From IMG/VR virus record IMGVR_UViG_3300004184_000006, positions 1 through 64,000 of that record: a DNA stretch of 64,000 nucleotides. One strand, given 5' to 3'. The first letter of the stretch is position 1. Every line of letters starts with the position of its first letter. This stretch comes from a virus. Position numbers and translations under genes: made by a program. The notes below the pieces were generated by a model. That model was not told where the DNA came from. It made no database searches and was given only the letters and a program-made list of their open reading frames with translations. Shown here piece after piece: positions 47,671-56,541 of this stretch.

Positions 47671-48347
47671 TAAATTACCCCAAATTCATGAAGCCGTCTC
47701 TTTGCTAAAATATAGGCATTACTAGCCAGTTCTGGAGTTTCAAAATAACCTAAATGCTTTAGTTTTTTATCTATCCCTATAACGGCTTGAAATTTATTAT
47801 GACTTTTTTTAAAGCTAACACCAAGAAAGCCAGTTTTATTATTTTTAGCGCATCTTCTTTGGTTTTGCTGATTCTCAGCATGATTCGCTAATCTCAAATT
47901 AACCATCCTATTATCGTCTGTAATTCCGTTAATATGATCTATTTGTTTGTCAGGCATAACGCCATGAATATAAAACCATGCCAATCTATGTGCAAAATAT
48001 TGTCCATAATATATTCCAATAACTAAATAACCTTTTCTATTAGACGATGCTACTTTACCGCAATATTTTGAGTTCCATGTATTAAATCCTCTTTCACTTG
48101 CAAAATGATGTAAAGGTCTTTTTTTCCAAATAAAAATACCTGTATCTTTGTTATAATCTATACATTCCTTTAGATAATCATGTGTTATTTCAATTACCTT
48201 TTCTTTTCTTACAATTTTTTTTCTATTTGCGGATATTTTTTCCTTATTTTTTATTCTATATTCCGCATTTTTGGCAGATATTTTTTCTTTGTTGGCAATT
48301 CGATATTCTTTTTTTGCTATAGCCTTTTCTTCTTTTGTCTTAGCCAC
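47670..48347 (-). CDS. HNH homing endonuclease with AP2 domain
   Basis: AHRLAW...IDHING...DNRMVNLR; GFLGVS...HLGYF.T.E.A..AY; GTG after AGGAGG; AT-rich. Confidence 0.88.
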   Translation of the reverse strand: MAKTKEEKAIAKKEYRIANKEKISAKNAEYRIKNKEKISANRKKIVRKEKVIEITHDYLKECIDYNKDTGIFIWKKRPLHHFASERGFNTWNSKYCGKVASSNRKGYLVIGIYYGQYFAHRLAWFYIHGVMPDKQIDHINGITDDNRMVNLRLANHAENQQNQRRCAKNNKTGFLGVSFKKSHNKFQAVIGIDKKLKHLGYFETPELASNAYILAKRRLHEFGVI

Positions 48348-48870
48348 GCTTCCTCCTTTCAAGGATGCTCATATCAATCTGCTTGGCTTTTAATGGCGCA
48401 CGGCTTTTTGTTTCCCTGCTATGAAACCTGTAAAACATTGGGTTAGTCTCCCAGTCAACACGAGCAGTTGAAATAAGGTTGATAGGGGTTGATTCTGTGG
48501 CCTGCCTAGCATAAAGCAACGCAGATTCTAAGTAATGAAAGCAACCGCTTTGAGCGAATAACAGAATATGTCTTGCTGACTTATATGCACTGGTATCTTT
48601 GCTTTGAAACGCATCGTTATACCTGCCCATAATTTCATCAATTAGGCTTGCCTTGGCGGTTTTTTGTAAGTGATATTTTGAGACATCCTTAATAGCTCTC
48701 TCAATGCTGTAGACAGCCTCTTTATAGTCCTGATTAGCTGATTTAAGTCTGCCATCAATTCCGCCGCACGTTAGCTTCTTAAATGCTTCCGCCAAACAAA
48801 ATGGCAGGCTGAATACATTGCTGACACCAAACGGATCGTACTCGCCAAGTTTAGAATAAGGACTGCTCAT
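48340..48870 (-). CDS. Hypothetical phage protein
   Basis: KKLTCGG...K...QDYKEA..SIERAI recurrent phage motif. Confidence 0.55.
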   Translation of the reverse strand: MSSPYSKLGEYDPFGVSNVFSLPFCLAEAFKKLTCGGIDGRLKSANQDYKEAVYSIERAIKDVSKYHLQKTAKASLIDEIMGRYNDAFQSKDTSAYKSARHILLFAQSGCFHYLESALLYARQATESTPINLISTARVDWETNPMFYRFHSRETKSRAPLKAKQIDMSILERRKRG

Positions 48871-49766
48871 TAATTACCCCCATCTATTTTAAAAATATCA
48901 ACATTAACGCCTGTTGATTTCTTTGCAACATCACGAAAACAATTAAATCGTCTTAATTGAGAATTAATTGATCCTGACTCCATCGCAAAATCATCAACAA
49001 CCCTTACTAGAGATGCTCCAGATTTAATATCATTGTCAAAATCTGGATTTATATCCCTTACCTTATCCAATGATGATTTTATAACACTGGCATATTTAAT
49101 TAATTCATTTGCAACAGTGCCAATAGTTATTATTTTACCATGAATAACCCGCATGACATTCATTTGCTCAATAGTATTATGCTCTAATTGGTCATATATC
49201 CATGCGCCAATCTGTCTATCGTTTTTAATATCAATATCTGTTTCAAAGTCATCTGATAATCCAAGCAAATAATCGGCTGCTACTTTGTATATGGTTGCCG
49301 CGCCTCTGATAATCTTAATGTCTGGAATAAGTCCGTCGGTACAATGCTCAAACTGACAGAGTTTTTTTTGGCTAATTCCCAGTAATTTAGCCGCCTTACC
49401 CTGGCTCATACTGCATAACTCCTCGCGGGCTTTTTTCATTCTATAACCAATAATTACCAGCGAATCCTTACTTACAGTGTCGCCATCCTTGCCCTTTTTT
49501 AATTCAAGAATCTTTGCTTTTCGCTTTGCTAAATCCAGTGTTGGAAGGAACGCCTCATAATCGCTTGCAGAGCATCTTATTAAAAATCCCGATATTTCTG
49601 AGATGGTTATCTCACTGTTAGATATACCCACTTTTTTATCTTCTTTTTTAAGATATTTTGATTTTCTATCGGCTCTAAATTTATCAACAGCATACCCAAT
49701 CTTTCCGCTGCTGCTTTCAATAAAATAACCTTGTGATTCTACAATTGTAATGCTTGACTCTGCCAT
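48870..49766 (-). CDS. XRE-type HTH domain protein
   Basis: RMKKAREE...SQGKAAKLLGIS...YKVAADYLLGLSD. Confidence 0.75.
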   Translation of the reverse strand: MAESSITIVESQGYFIESSSGKIGYAVDKFRADRKSKYLKKEDKKVGISNSEITISEISGFLIRCSASDYEAFLPTLDLAKRKAKILELKKGKDGDTVSKDSLVIIGYRMKKAREELCSMSQGKAAKLLGISQKKLCQFEHCTDGLIPDIKIIRGAATIYKVAADYLLGLSDDFETDIDIKNDRQIGAWIYDQLEHNTIEQMNVMRVIHGKIITIGTVANELIKYASVIKSSLDKVRDINPDFDNDIKSGASLVRVVDDFAMESGSINSQLRRFNCFRDVAKKSTGVNVDIFKIDGGN

Positions 49767-49946
49767 TATTTTAACCCTCTTGATTATTATTGATTTTTTC
49801 TAATGTTTTATCTAAATCCAATCTATCTTGATACTTTATTTTTAATATCTCAATTAAGCTATCAATAGTATCTTCGTGATCTCCGATGATAAAACCGCTA
49901 TCACCTTCCTTTAGGTGGTAGCGGATATTTACAGAAAACGAACTCA

Positions 49947-50189
49947 CTACAAGGCCTCAAAATCGCTGTTTAAGGCGTTTTCTTTATCAGTCGGTGCATT
50001 GAGCTTATCCAGATAGCTTTTAATCGCCTGAGCGTCGTATTGTGCCTCCATAGCATCAAAAAACTCATCGACCGCATCATCTAGTGCAATACTGGCTTGC
50101 TGAACCCCTTTTTTATCAACAACTGCATTATTAAAATTTTCTTGAGCGATATTCAGCGCATTACGCGCTTTTTCTACTCTATCGGTCAT
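49947..50189 (-). CDS. Hypothetical protein
   Basis: ATGA-coupled chain. Confidence 0.55.
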   Translation of the reverse strand: MTDRVEKARNALNIAQENFNNAVVDKKGVQQASIALDDAVDEFFDAMEAQYDAQAIKSYLDKLNAPTDKENALNSDFEAL

Positions 50190-50719
50190 GCTTCACCTCG
50201 ATTAATCATGCTGTCCCTTATGTGAGTCCTGCAATTCGCCGCACTTTCGCCAATCCATTTATCGGCATTCCTTAACGCTATGCCTTTGTGAAAAAATAAG
50301 TATTTCCCCTTGGCCTTGACGTTTAGCATCTCACCCTGTGCCGAAAAGTATTCATGCGGGCATAGCTCTGACAACATGCACTTGTAATTTCCATCCACCC
50401 CGTACCACTCGCAAAAATAGTTATTCAGCTCTTTCGCCGCGTAAATATCACGACCATCCGCGCCGTATCTGCTGATAAATTCACTGGGATCGGCAATCAG
50501 CTCATCAAAAAATCGTCTCACTATGTGCTTAAAATCAGCATACCTATCACTCGCCCCATCTTCTGTTTTCTTGATGTTTCGGCGACGTATAGCCTGATGG
50601 TCTGATGGTTGCCATAAAAGCCACCAGTTACGACGACCAATCACGCCAAGCAGATGCTCGACAGTACCCGAATAAATAACCCCAACATTGGGGCGTTCTG
50701 ATTGATACGTTTCTATCAT
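50186..50719 (-). CDS. Hypothetical protein
   Basis: ATGA-coupled chain. Confidence 0.6.
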   Translation of the reverse strand: MIETYQSERPNVGVIYSGTVEHLLGVIGRRNWWLLWQPSDHQAIRRRNIKKTEDGASDRYADFKHIVRRFFDELIADPSEFISRYGADGRDIYAAKELNNYFCEWYGVDGNYKCMLSELCPHEYFSAQGEMLNVKAKGKYLFFHKGIALRNADKWIGESAANCRTHIRDSMINRGEA

Positions 50720-50922
50720 GCTACCTCCACGCTCATTACTTCCTCGTAAACCTGCATCTCTAATTTGTGCTTAATCGCACCATTCAGCCTTTCAAAAGCC
50801 ATTTGCACAGAGTCCCATTCGCTAAAAGTCACATTGATTTTGTGCTTGTGGGCATACGCCATGATTTGACGTAGCGTTGGGGCAGGATGTTCTTTTGGGT
50901 GGTTTACAGTAATCGTACTCAT
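50716..50922 (-). CDS. Hypothetical protein
   Basis: ATGA-coupled chain. Confidence 0.55.
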   Translation of the reverse strand: MSTITVNHPKEHPAPTLRQIMAYAHKHKINVTFSEWDSVQMAFERLNGAIKHKLEMQVYEEVMSVEVA

Positions 50923-51818
50923 TGCTTAACTACCTCGATTTGTTGTTTTGCATTAGCCAGAATATCCCGTTTATGAGCCTGTGTTTCTCTATTACGAGCC
51001 ATAATGTCCTGTTTTATTTCTTCCTTTGTTGCTACAATTTCCTTAGACGGGCAATCATTCACTAGCCCTAAATCAGCTTTAAGTTCTGACAACACAGACA
51101 ATCCTAGTCCGCTTGTTTGCTTCAACGGCTTGGCAATGGCTTTTTGCTCCTCGTAGTGTTCTGGCAAAAACTCATCCCAGCCGCTTTGCACTAAATGTTC
51201 ATAAATTGGTCTCACCATCTCTACGCATTGCTTGGTTGATGAAGTCTTGAACAGAAAAGAATCAAAGCCTTCTGACTTGGCAACTGCAAACACCATCGGG
51301 TGTTGATAGCGACTTGCAATACCGCCTTGTCTTGGCACTGAGTTAGCAAGGATGTTTACTATTTGCTCAACAGGGAGTGCGTCAGACTGAGTGGCACATA
51401 TTTTTCTAAATTCAGGTAATGATGGCGGCCATTCATAGGCTTTTAAAATCAGCACATCAAAACCGTGCTTAATATGCCCAACTGTCATTCCAGCTAATCC
51501 AGCTTGCCAAGTTTTTGCTGCATCGGTTAAAAATCCGTTTTCATCCACTGCCTGCCCTAAGTGCGAATGCCATTTATGCCCGTAAATTGATAACATTCGT
51601 TTCCAGACATGCGCTATGATCTTGTCGCTGGGCGGTTGAGTCGATGTACTCTCGCCGCTCACTGGCTTCGATTCGTTCAATGCCTCGCTGTGCTTCATCG
51701 ACGAGTGAAGGTTTTCTACCAGTGACAGGATAGGTTTCATTGTTTCGATTTTTTGTGGCATAATTCTCACCGTTATTTTTTGAATTGATTTTTGAGCCTC
51801 GATTGGTGTTCGCTGCAC
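50919..51818 (-). CDS. Replication protein P-like helicase loader (start uncertain)
   Basis: WKRMLSIYGHKW...WQAGLAG...WPPSLPEFRKIC; follows O-like gene. Confidence 0.7.
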   Translation of the reverse strand: MQRTPIEAQKSIQKITVRIMPQKIETMKPILSLVENLHSSMKHSEALNESKPVSGESTSTQPPSDKIIAHVWKRMLSIYGHKWHSHLGQAVDENGFLTDAAKTWQAGLAGMTVGHIKHGFDVLILKAYEWPPSLPEFRKICATQSDALPVEQIVNILANSVPRQGGIASRYQHPMVFAVAKSEGFDSFLFKTSSTKQCVEMVRPIYEHLVQSGWDEFLPEHYEEQKAIAKPLKQTSGLGLSVLSELKADLGLVNDCPSKEIVATKEEIKQDIMARNRETQAHKRDILANAKQQIEVVKQ

Positions 51819-52530
51819 TATCGGGGCTTTTTTGTGCCTGTAGTTTTTTGTTTCTGCTTACCCAGATTTTTACAGTGGCTTTCCAGCTTTTCATTTTGTT
51901 TTTAGCAACCATCCAGCCATTCGACTCGTAGTAATTCATGAAGTCACCCGCGTCTATGTGTGATTCAAGACCCTCGGTCACGATGAACTCAATAACCTCT
52001 GTCAGAGTTGGCGGCTTAAAAATTTCACGCTTAGGTTTTTCAATTTTCTCTTGCGGCGATTTATCGCCTATCTCTTGATTTTTAATATCTGTATTTGTAT
52101 CTGTATTTGTATCTGTTTCTTTATGGTTACAATTCCGTTGTAACGTTTCGATAACGTCCGTTGTAACGTTCGCTATAACGTCCGTTACTTTTTCCCTGTT
52201 TTTCCATCTTGCCTCGGCTGATTTCTTGCCAGCGTCGGATGCTTTGGTTGATTTTTCTCTAACTTTTTCTAAATCAGCCTCAATTCTTTTGTGAAACCAC
52301 ATTCCGTTATCGTCTACGTTAAAGAAGTGTTGTAACGTTTCGATAACGTCCGCATAACGTTCGTTACTTATTCGCGTGATTGCCTTAATGTGTTTTTGGT
52401 TAATCGGCTTCCCTGTTTGCCAATAATTCATGATTAAAAGCAGGTACGCACCATGCTCATCAGTCTCTAAGTGCATGGTGTCCGACAGGTAATCAGCAAC
52501 ATAGAGCTGGATGTATGGTAAAGCGGCCAT
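51574..52530 (-). CDS. Replication initiator O-like (DUF1376/YdaU N-terminus)
   Basis: LPYIQLYVADYLSDTMHL...GAYLLLIMNYW; FKPPTL.EV...YYESNGW...MKSWKA; internal iterons. Confidence 0.82.
   Translation of the reverse strand: MAALPYIQLYVADYLSDTMHLETDEHGAYLLLIMNYWQTGKPINQKHIKAITRISNERYADVIETLQHFFNVDDNGMWFHKRIEADLEKVREKSTKASDAGKKSAEARWKNREKVTDVIANVTTDVIETLQRNCNHKETDTNTDTNTDIKNQEIGDKSPQEKIEKPKREIFKPPTLTEVIEFIVTEGLESHIDAGDFMNYYESNGWMVAKNKMKSWKATVKIWVSRNKKLQAQKSPDSAANTNRGSKINSKNNGENYATKNRNNETYPVTGRKPSLVDEAQRGIERIEASERREYIDSTAQRQDHSACLETNVINLRA
52088..52367. repeat. Putative replication origin iterons inside the O-like gene
   Basis: GTTGTAACGTTTCGATAACGTCCG near 52138 and 52329, further TAACGT units about every 12 bp, and tandem ATCTGTATTTGT. 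Confidence 0.7.
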
Positions 52531-52709
52531 AATTACCCCCAAACCGCATTAGGATTAACGCGGCATTTTGATTTGTGTGTTGCGCTAAACCTTGTGTCAT
52601 TGCATCTAGGGCAAATTCTCATCCCGACCGATACATGACCGACGCCAATAGCCTCTCTTTTCGCTATTGCCATGTGGTTTCCCATTTGTGCAACCCTTTT
52701 TTTAGTCAT

Positions 52710-52952
52710 TTAGTCACCCACTACAAAGGAATACTTGCCATTAAATTTCTTGCACTTACGCGGGGCTTCGTCACTCAATGGGCGACCACCAAGCTCATAG
52801 TTAAAAAACGCCGAATTGATGACGATTGACTCTCTTTGGGCTAGTTTTTCATCCCATACGGAACAGGTCCCGTTATCGCCAAAATCGTCATAATGCCCAT
52901 TGCTGGAAAAGCTCTGGCACTGCCCGCAGGTTACTTCTGCCAATTCGCTCAT
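52710..52952 (-). CDS. Small Cys-rich hypothetical protein
   Basis: TCGQCQSF...GTC...PRKCKKF. Confidence 0.55.
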   Translation of the reverse strand: MSELAEVTCGQCQSFSSNGHYDDFGDNGTCSVWDEKLAQRESIVINSAFFNYELGGRPLSDEAPRKCKKFNGKYSFVVGD

Positions 52953-53085
52953 ACCGCACCACCAAAAACATCATCCAGCGTGGTGTTAGCTCCTTTTTCA
53001 ATTTCGTCTGCCAAGTATAAAATCGGTACGATGACGGCGAAAATGAACAGCGATAGCGACCAAATGCCTAACTTCATTAATGGAT

Positions 53086-53280
53086 TCATATTGCCGCCTT
53101 ATTTCTTGCCAATTTGCGCAGACGTTTTTCTTCTGCCTTGGCGTTAAGTTCTTTGTTTTTTGTTTTTGATGGTCTTGGCGGCTGTCTTTTATAAAAGACG
53201 GTCCCGCGCATGATTGGCGTAGCAAAGACTGACCTCATTAATGCCATGTGCAGCCCTATTGCTTTTCTGTCGATTTTCAT
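53086..53280 (-). CDS. Small basic hypothetical protein
   Basis: GAGG SD; K/R-rich. Confidence 0.5.
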   Translation of the reverse strand: MKIDRKAIGLHMALMRSVFATPIMRGTVFYKRQPPRPSKTKNKELNAKAEEKRLRKLARNKAAI

Positions 53281-53422
53281 TTCAACACCTCAGTTTTCAG
53301 TAATTTCATAACAGCGATTAACGCCCTCTTCTTTGCTTTTTCGATAAGTAGCCGTGCGATTACTACTTGAATTTCGATTCCTATCGGGAGGTACGGCATT
53401 CTTCTATTAGTCAAGTGCATGG

Positions 53423-53662
53423 TTAATCCTTGATTCCAAGTGCGATTAATACCGCCATTATGCGTTCTGAGTTTTCACCACGCTCCAGGTCGAGTTCACG
53501 ATATAAACGCCCTAGGTGAGCCTCTACTGTGTTTTCACTGATATTCAAATCACGCGCGATACCTTTGTTTGATTTGCCCATACAAACAGCAACCCAAACA
53601 TCTATAACGCGCGGCGTAAGTCGCTTGTATGACTTCAAAATATCTTCTTCGATTACTGCCAT
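53423..53662 (-). CDS. Stand-alone LuxR-type HTH regulator (cII position)
   Basis: LTPR...GKSNKGIARDLNISENTVEAHL.RLYREL; AGGAG SD. Confidence 0.85.
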   Translation of the reverse strand: MAVIEEDILKSYKRLTPRVIDVWVAVCMGKSNKGIARDLNISENTVEAHLGRLYRELDLERGENSERIMAVLIALGIKD

Positions 53663-53753
53663 TGTCTTGCTCCTCTTTGGGGTTTCCCGTTAATGAATAT
53701 TGCGTAACGGTTAAGTGGAATTGTTGGTTTTTGTAAAACGCCTAGAATATTTG

Positions 53754-53990
53754 CTAAGCGTTTAGAGAATTTATTTTTGGACGCAATGATTCTTTAGCTA
53801 CTAAGCCGTTACATGATTTTTCTAAGGATTCTGCGTAGTTGGTTTCACCAGTGTATTCAGTTCTAGGGGGTTTTCCGTTCTTATGCCATTTCATTACAGC
53901 CTTGCCAGACACGCCACAGGCTCTACCTATAGCGTCATAGCTTCCAAGGATGTCCTTAACTTTCGTTAGGTTTTCTGAGTATGTGTTCAT
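53754..53990 (-). CDS. cro: Cro-like repressor
   Basis: AIGRACGVSGKAVMKW..NG.PPRTEYTGET.YA; divergent from cI; start placed at MNTYS. Confidence 0.8.
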   Translation of the reverse strand: MNTYSENLTKVKDILGSYDAIGRACGVSGKAVMKWHKNGKPPRTEYTGETNYAESLEKSCNGLVAKESLRPKINSLNA

Positions 53991-54022
53991 GAATAAATCC
54001 GATTTAATAAAAAACAGTGCAA

Positions 54023-54099
54023 ATATTAGAACCAATAGTTACCTTTTGTCAAGAACTGATTATTACCATGCTTTAGCGTAAACTGAACCAATGGTTACT
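54023..54099. promoter_or_regulatory. OR region: three operators, PR and a leaderless PRM
   Basis: AGAAC-N5-GTTACC (54028), AGAAC-N5-ATTACC (54052), TGAAC-N5-GTTACT (54084); minus-strand TTGACA-18-TAATAT; plus-strand TAAACT 6 nt before the cI ATG. Confidence 0.8.
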
Positions 54100-54789
54100 G
54101 ATAATGAAAAACAAGCGTTTTCTAAACGATTAAACGCAATACTCGATAAAGCAGGAGTCCCGCCAAAAGGAAAGGGACGACAGCTTGAGCTTGGAAAAAT
54201 GTTCGGGGTATCTGATAAAGGTGCTAGAAAGTGGATAGAAGCCGAAGCAATACCAGCCATGACAAAGCTGACTGAGATAGTCGCTAGGTTTAAAGATACT
54301 GGCGTTACTATCGAATGGTTATTGACTGGAAATGACGCTTATTCGCCAAATCAGACTTTTGAAATAGCTCCAAGACTAGCGATTGCAAAGAGAATACCTA
54401 TAGTCGGAACGGCTAAACTGGGTGATAACGGATATTTTGTGGAACTGGAAACACCAACAGGATTTGGCGATGGATTTATCGAACACGCAACACGCGATGA
54501 AAACGCCTATGCGGTCCGTTGTGTCGGTGATTCGATGAAACCAAGGATTAGAAACGGTGAATTCGTGATCGTCTCACCGAATCAACAACCGATTAGTGGC
54601 GATGATGTGTTGATTCGGGATAAATCAGGTCGGGTGATGGTGAAAACACTGCTTTATATTCGTGATGACAAAGTTCATTTGCTGTCGATTAATGAGGCGC
54701 ATCCACCACAATACATTGAGTTGTCGCAGGTTGAAATTATGCACTATGTCACTGCGATTGCCCCAAAGACCGCGTTTATTCGTGAGTAA
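54091..54789 (+). CDS. cI: CI repressor (HTH + S24 peptidase)
   Basis: FGVSDKGARKW HTH; VGDSMKPRI and VMVK catalytic Ser/Lys. Confidence 0.92.
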   Translation: MVTDNEKQAFSKRLNAILDKAGVPPKGKGRQLELGKMFGVSDKGARKWIEAEAIPAMTKLTEIVARFKDTGVTIEWLLTGNDAYSPNQTFEIAPRLAIAKRIPIVGTAKLGDNGYFVELETPTGFGDGFIEHATRDENAYAVRCVGDSMKPRIRNGEFVIVSPNQQPISGDDVLIRDKSGRVMVKTLLYIRDDKVHLLSINEAHPPQYIELSQVEIMHYVTAIAPKTAFIRE

Positions 54790-54916
54790 TATTAGAAAAC
54801 TGCATGATTAGACTGGCTCGAATTGTTAGCGTATTGGGAAAAGCGGGCGAATAATTGACAGCATGGCTATTTGCAGCCAAACTAACTTCTTTTAAACTCA
54901 GCTAACTGGCAACACT

Positions 54917-55840
54917 ATGACCCCAGCCTCCTTTCAGATTATTTATGATGGTTCGGCACTAGAGAATCATGAAATGGATGTGAATGACCTTGCCCCTGCA
55001 TTATTGGCTATTGGTGGCTTAATGGAGGAAGTAGGTAATAGCCTGTATGGTGAAAAATTTAAAATATCTGTCAGCGTCAAAGGATCATTTAAAACAGGTT
55101 GTTTTGGTGTCGAGATGATTGCTCATGCCAATAGCCTTATCCTTGAAGCCATTGATATATTTAATAATGCCAACACCACGGCGGTATTAAGTGCAGCAGG
55201 TCTTATTGGTTTGGTTAAATCATCAGGCGGCACATTGATTGGGTTTTTACGTTGGGCAAAAGGACGCAAGGTAGCCAGCACAGAAGTTATTAGTGACGGC
55301 ATAGTCAGAGTGTTCATTGACAGTGAACATTATGATATTGAGCAAACCGCTTTGGAAATGCTCAAAAATTACAAAATTCGTAAGGCATTTGACGCATTGA
55401 TCAACGTTCCCTTAAGTAGGGATGGCATAGATTCATTTGCTGTTATTGACCCGCAACACCCACAACAGCCAATTTTGCATATTGAACGTGCAGAAGCGAA
55501 TTACTTTGTCGCTCCTATGCCTGCTGATGAAGAAATTAACGACCAGACAACCATCGTTAGCCTGCAAATTATCAGTGCGGCATTCGCTGAGGGGCACAAG
55601 TGGAAGTTTTCCGATGGAACATCAACATTTTATGCGGAAATTTTAGATGAAGGCTTTATCCAGCGCGTACAAGCCAGTCAGGAAGTGTTCGCTAAAAATG
55701 ACATCCTAAAAGTAAAACTGCATATTAGCCAATGGCTCACAGGACGCGGAATGCGCACCGATTACACCATAAAAGAAGTTATTGAGCATCGCTTAGCGCA
55801 ACGACAAATTGATTTGTTTGTGCAATTACCACCAGAATAA
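54917..55840 (+). CDS. Conserved hypothetical protein downstream of cI (rex-like position)
   Basis: 307-aa intact ORF between cI and terminator; no motif recognised. Confidence 0.75.
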   Translation: MTPASFQIIYDGSALENHEMDVNDLAPALLAIGGLMEEVGNSLYGEKFKISVSVKGSFKTGCFGVEMIAHANSLILEAIDIFNNANTTAVLSAAGLIGLVKSSGGTLIGFLRWAKGRKVASTEVISDGIVRVFIDSEHYDIEQTALEMLKNYKIRKAFDALINVPLSRDGIDSFAVIDPQHPQQPILHIERAEANYFVAPMPADEEINDQTTIVSLQIISAAFAEGHKWKFSDGTSTFYAEILDEGFIQRVQASQEVFAKNDILKVKLHISQWLTGRGMRTDYTIKEVIEHRLAQRQIDLFVQLPPE

Positions 55841-55866
55841 TTAAAAATTATTTCACCAACCTAACC

Positions 55867-55892
55867 AAACCAGCCTAACCGCTGGTTTTTTT
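55867..55892 (+). terminator. Terminator of the immunity transcript
   Basis: AAACCAGC-ctaacc-GCTGG-T7. Confidence 0.85.
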
Positions 55893-55910
55893 GTGCCTGA
55901 AAATCTAGGT

Positions 55911-55976
55911 AGGTAACTTTTTGTGCCAAAAGGTAACTTTTAGTTCTTGACATTAAGTAACTAACAGTTCTATACT
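55911..55976 (+). promoter_or_regulatory. OL region: three operators and PL
   Basis: AGGTAAC-N5-GTGCC (55911), AGGTAAC-N5-GTTCT (55931), AAGTAAC-N5-GTTCT (55955); TTGACA-18-TATACT. Confidence 0.82.
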
Positions 55977-56005
55977 TTACCCGTGCTTGAGATTATTCAA
56001 ATACG

Positions 56006-56016
56006 GCTCTTTAACA
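56006..56016 (+). promoter_or_regulatory. boxA antitermination element
   Basis: GCTCTTTAACA about 25 nt downstream of the predicted PL start. Confidence 0.7.
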
Positions 56017-56541
56017 TCGCTAAACAGATTCAAATACATTGCTTGTAATCCTTTGCGCCCAACTAAATGATTTAGTAGGTGTATCAATCCGAAGATGGAT
56101 AGGCAACCGCATTACACACTGGTGTTTGTATCGTCACGGACGAATAGAAATTTAATCGCTACCCATTCTAGCGGGTGGGTAGTGAGATTAAGTTTTTAAA
56201 ACATAGTCGATGCGCGATTATGCTTATATCTAGCCCACTGGCGACGGTGGGCATTTTTTACGCTAAACAGAATAACAAAAGACTTAACTTCCAAGATATT
56301 TGCTTGGTATCTATGTAATAAAAATTTCACAGGGGTCTCTAATCCTTGACTAATTTAGCCAAAAGCTAAGTTAGATGGGTCACGGTTGCAGGCTCAATAA
56401 ACTATCAATCCATTCTAGGCCTGTCCCTGACATATTACGCGGCTTAATGATGGCAATCCCTAGAGACTTAAAAGGTGTAGGGAAAATTGATGGAGCAACC
56501 AAATCACAATTCAATCACATTATGAAGTATTAGGAGACATT

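Noticed and set aside
52088-52367. CRISPR-like repeat array
   Set aside because: Repeats are short, irregularly spaced and in-frame within the initiator gene; no cas genes are present
55241-55249. Extra GGGTTTTTA copy of the late box
   Set aside because: Inside the 307-aa gene; the hexamer at N25 is ACCAAA, not -10-like
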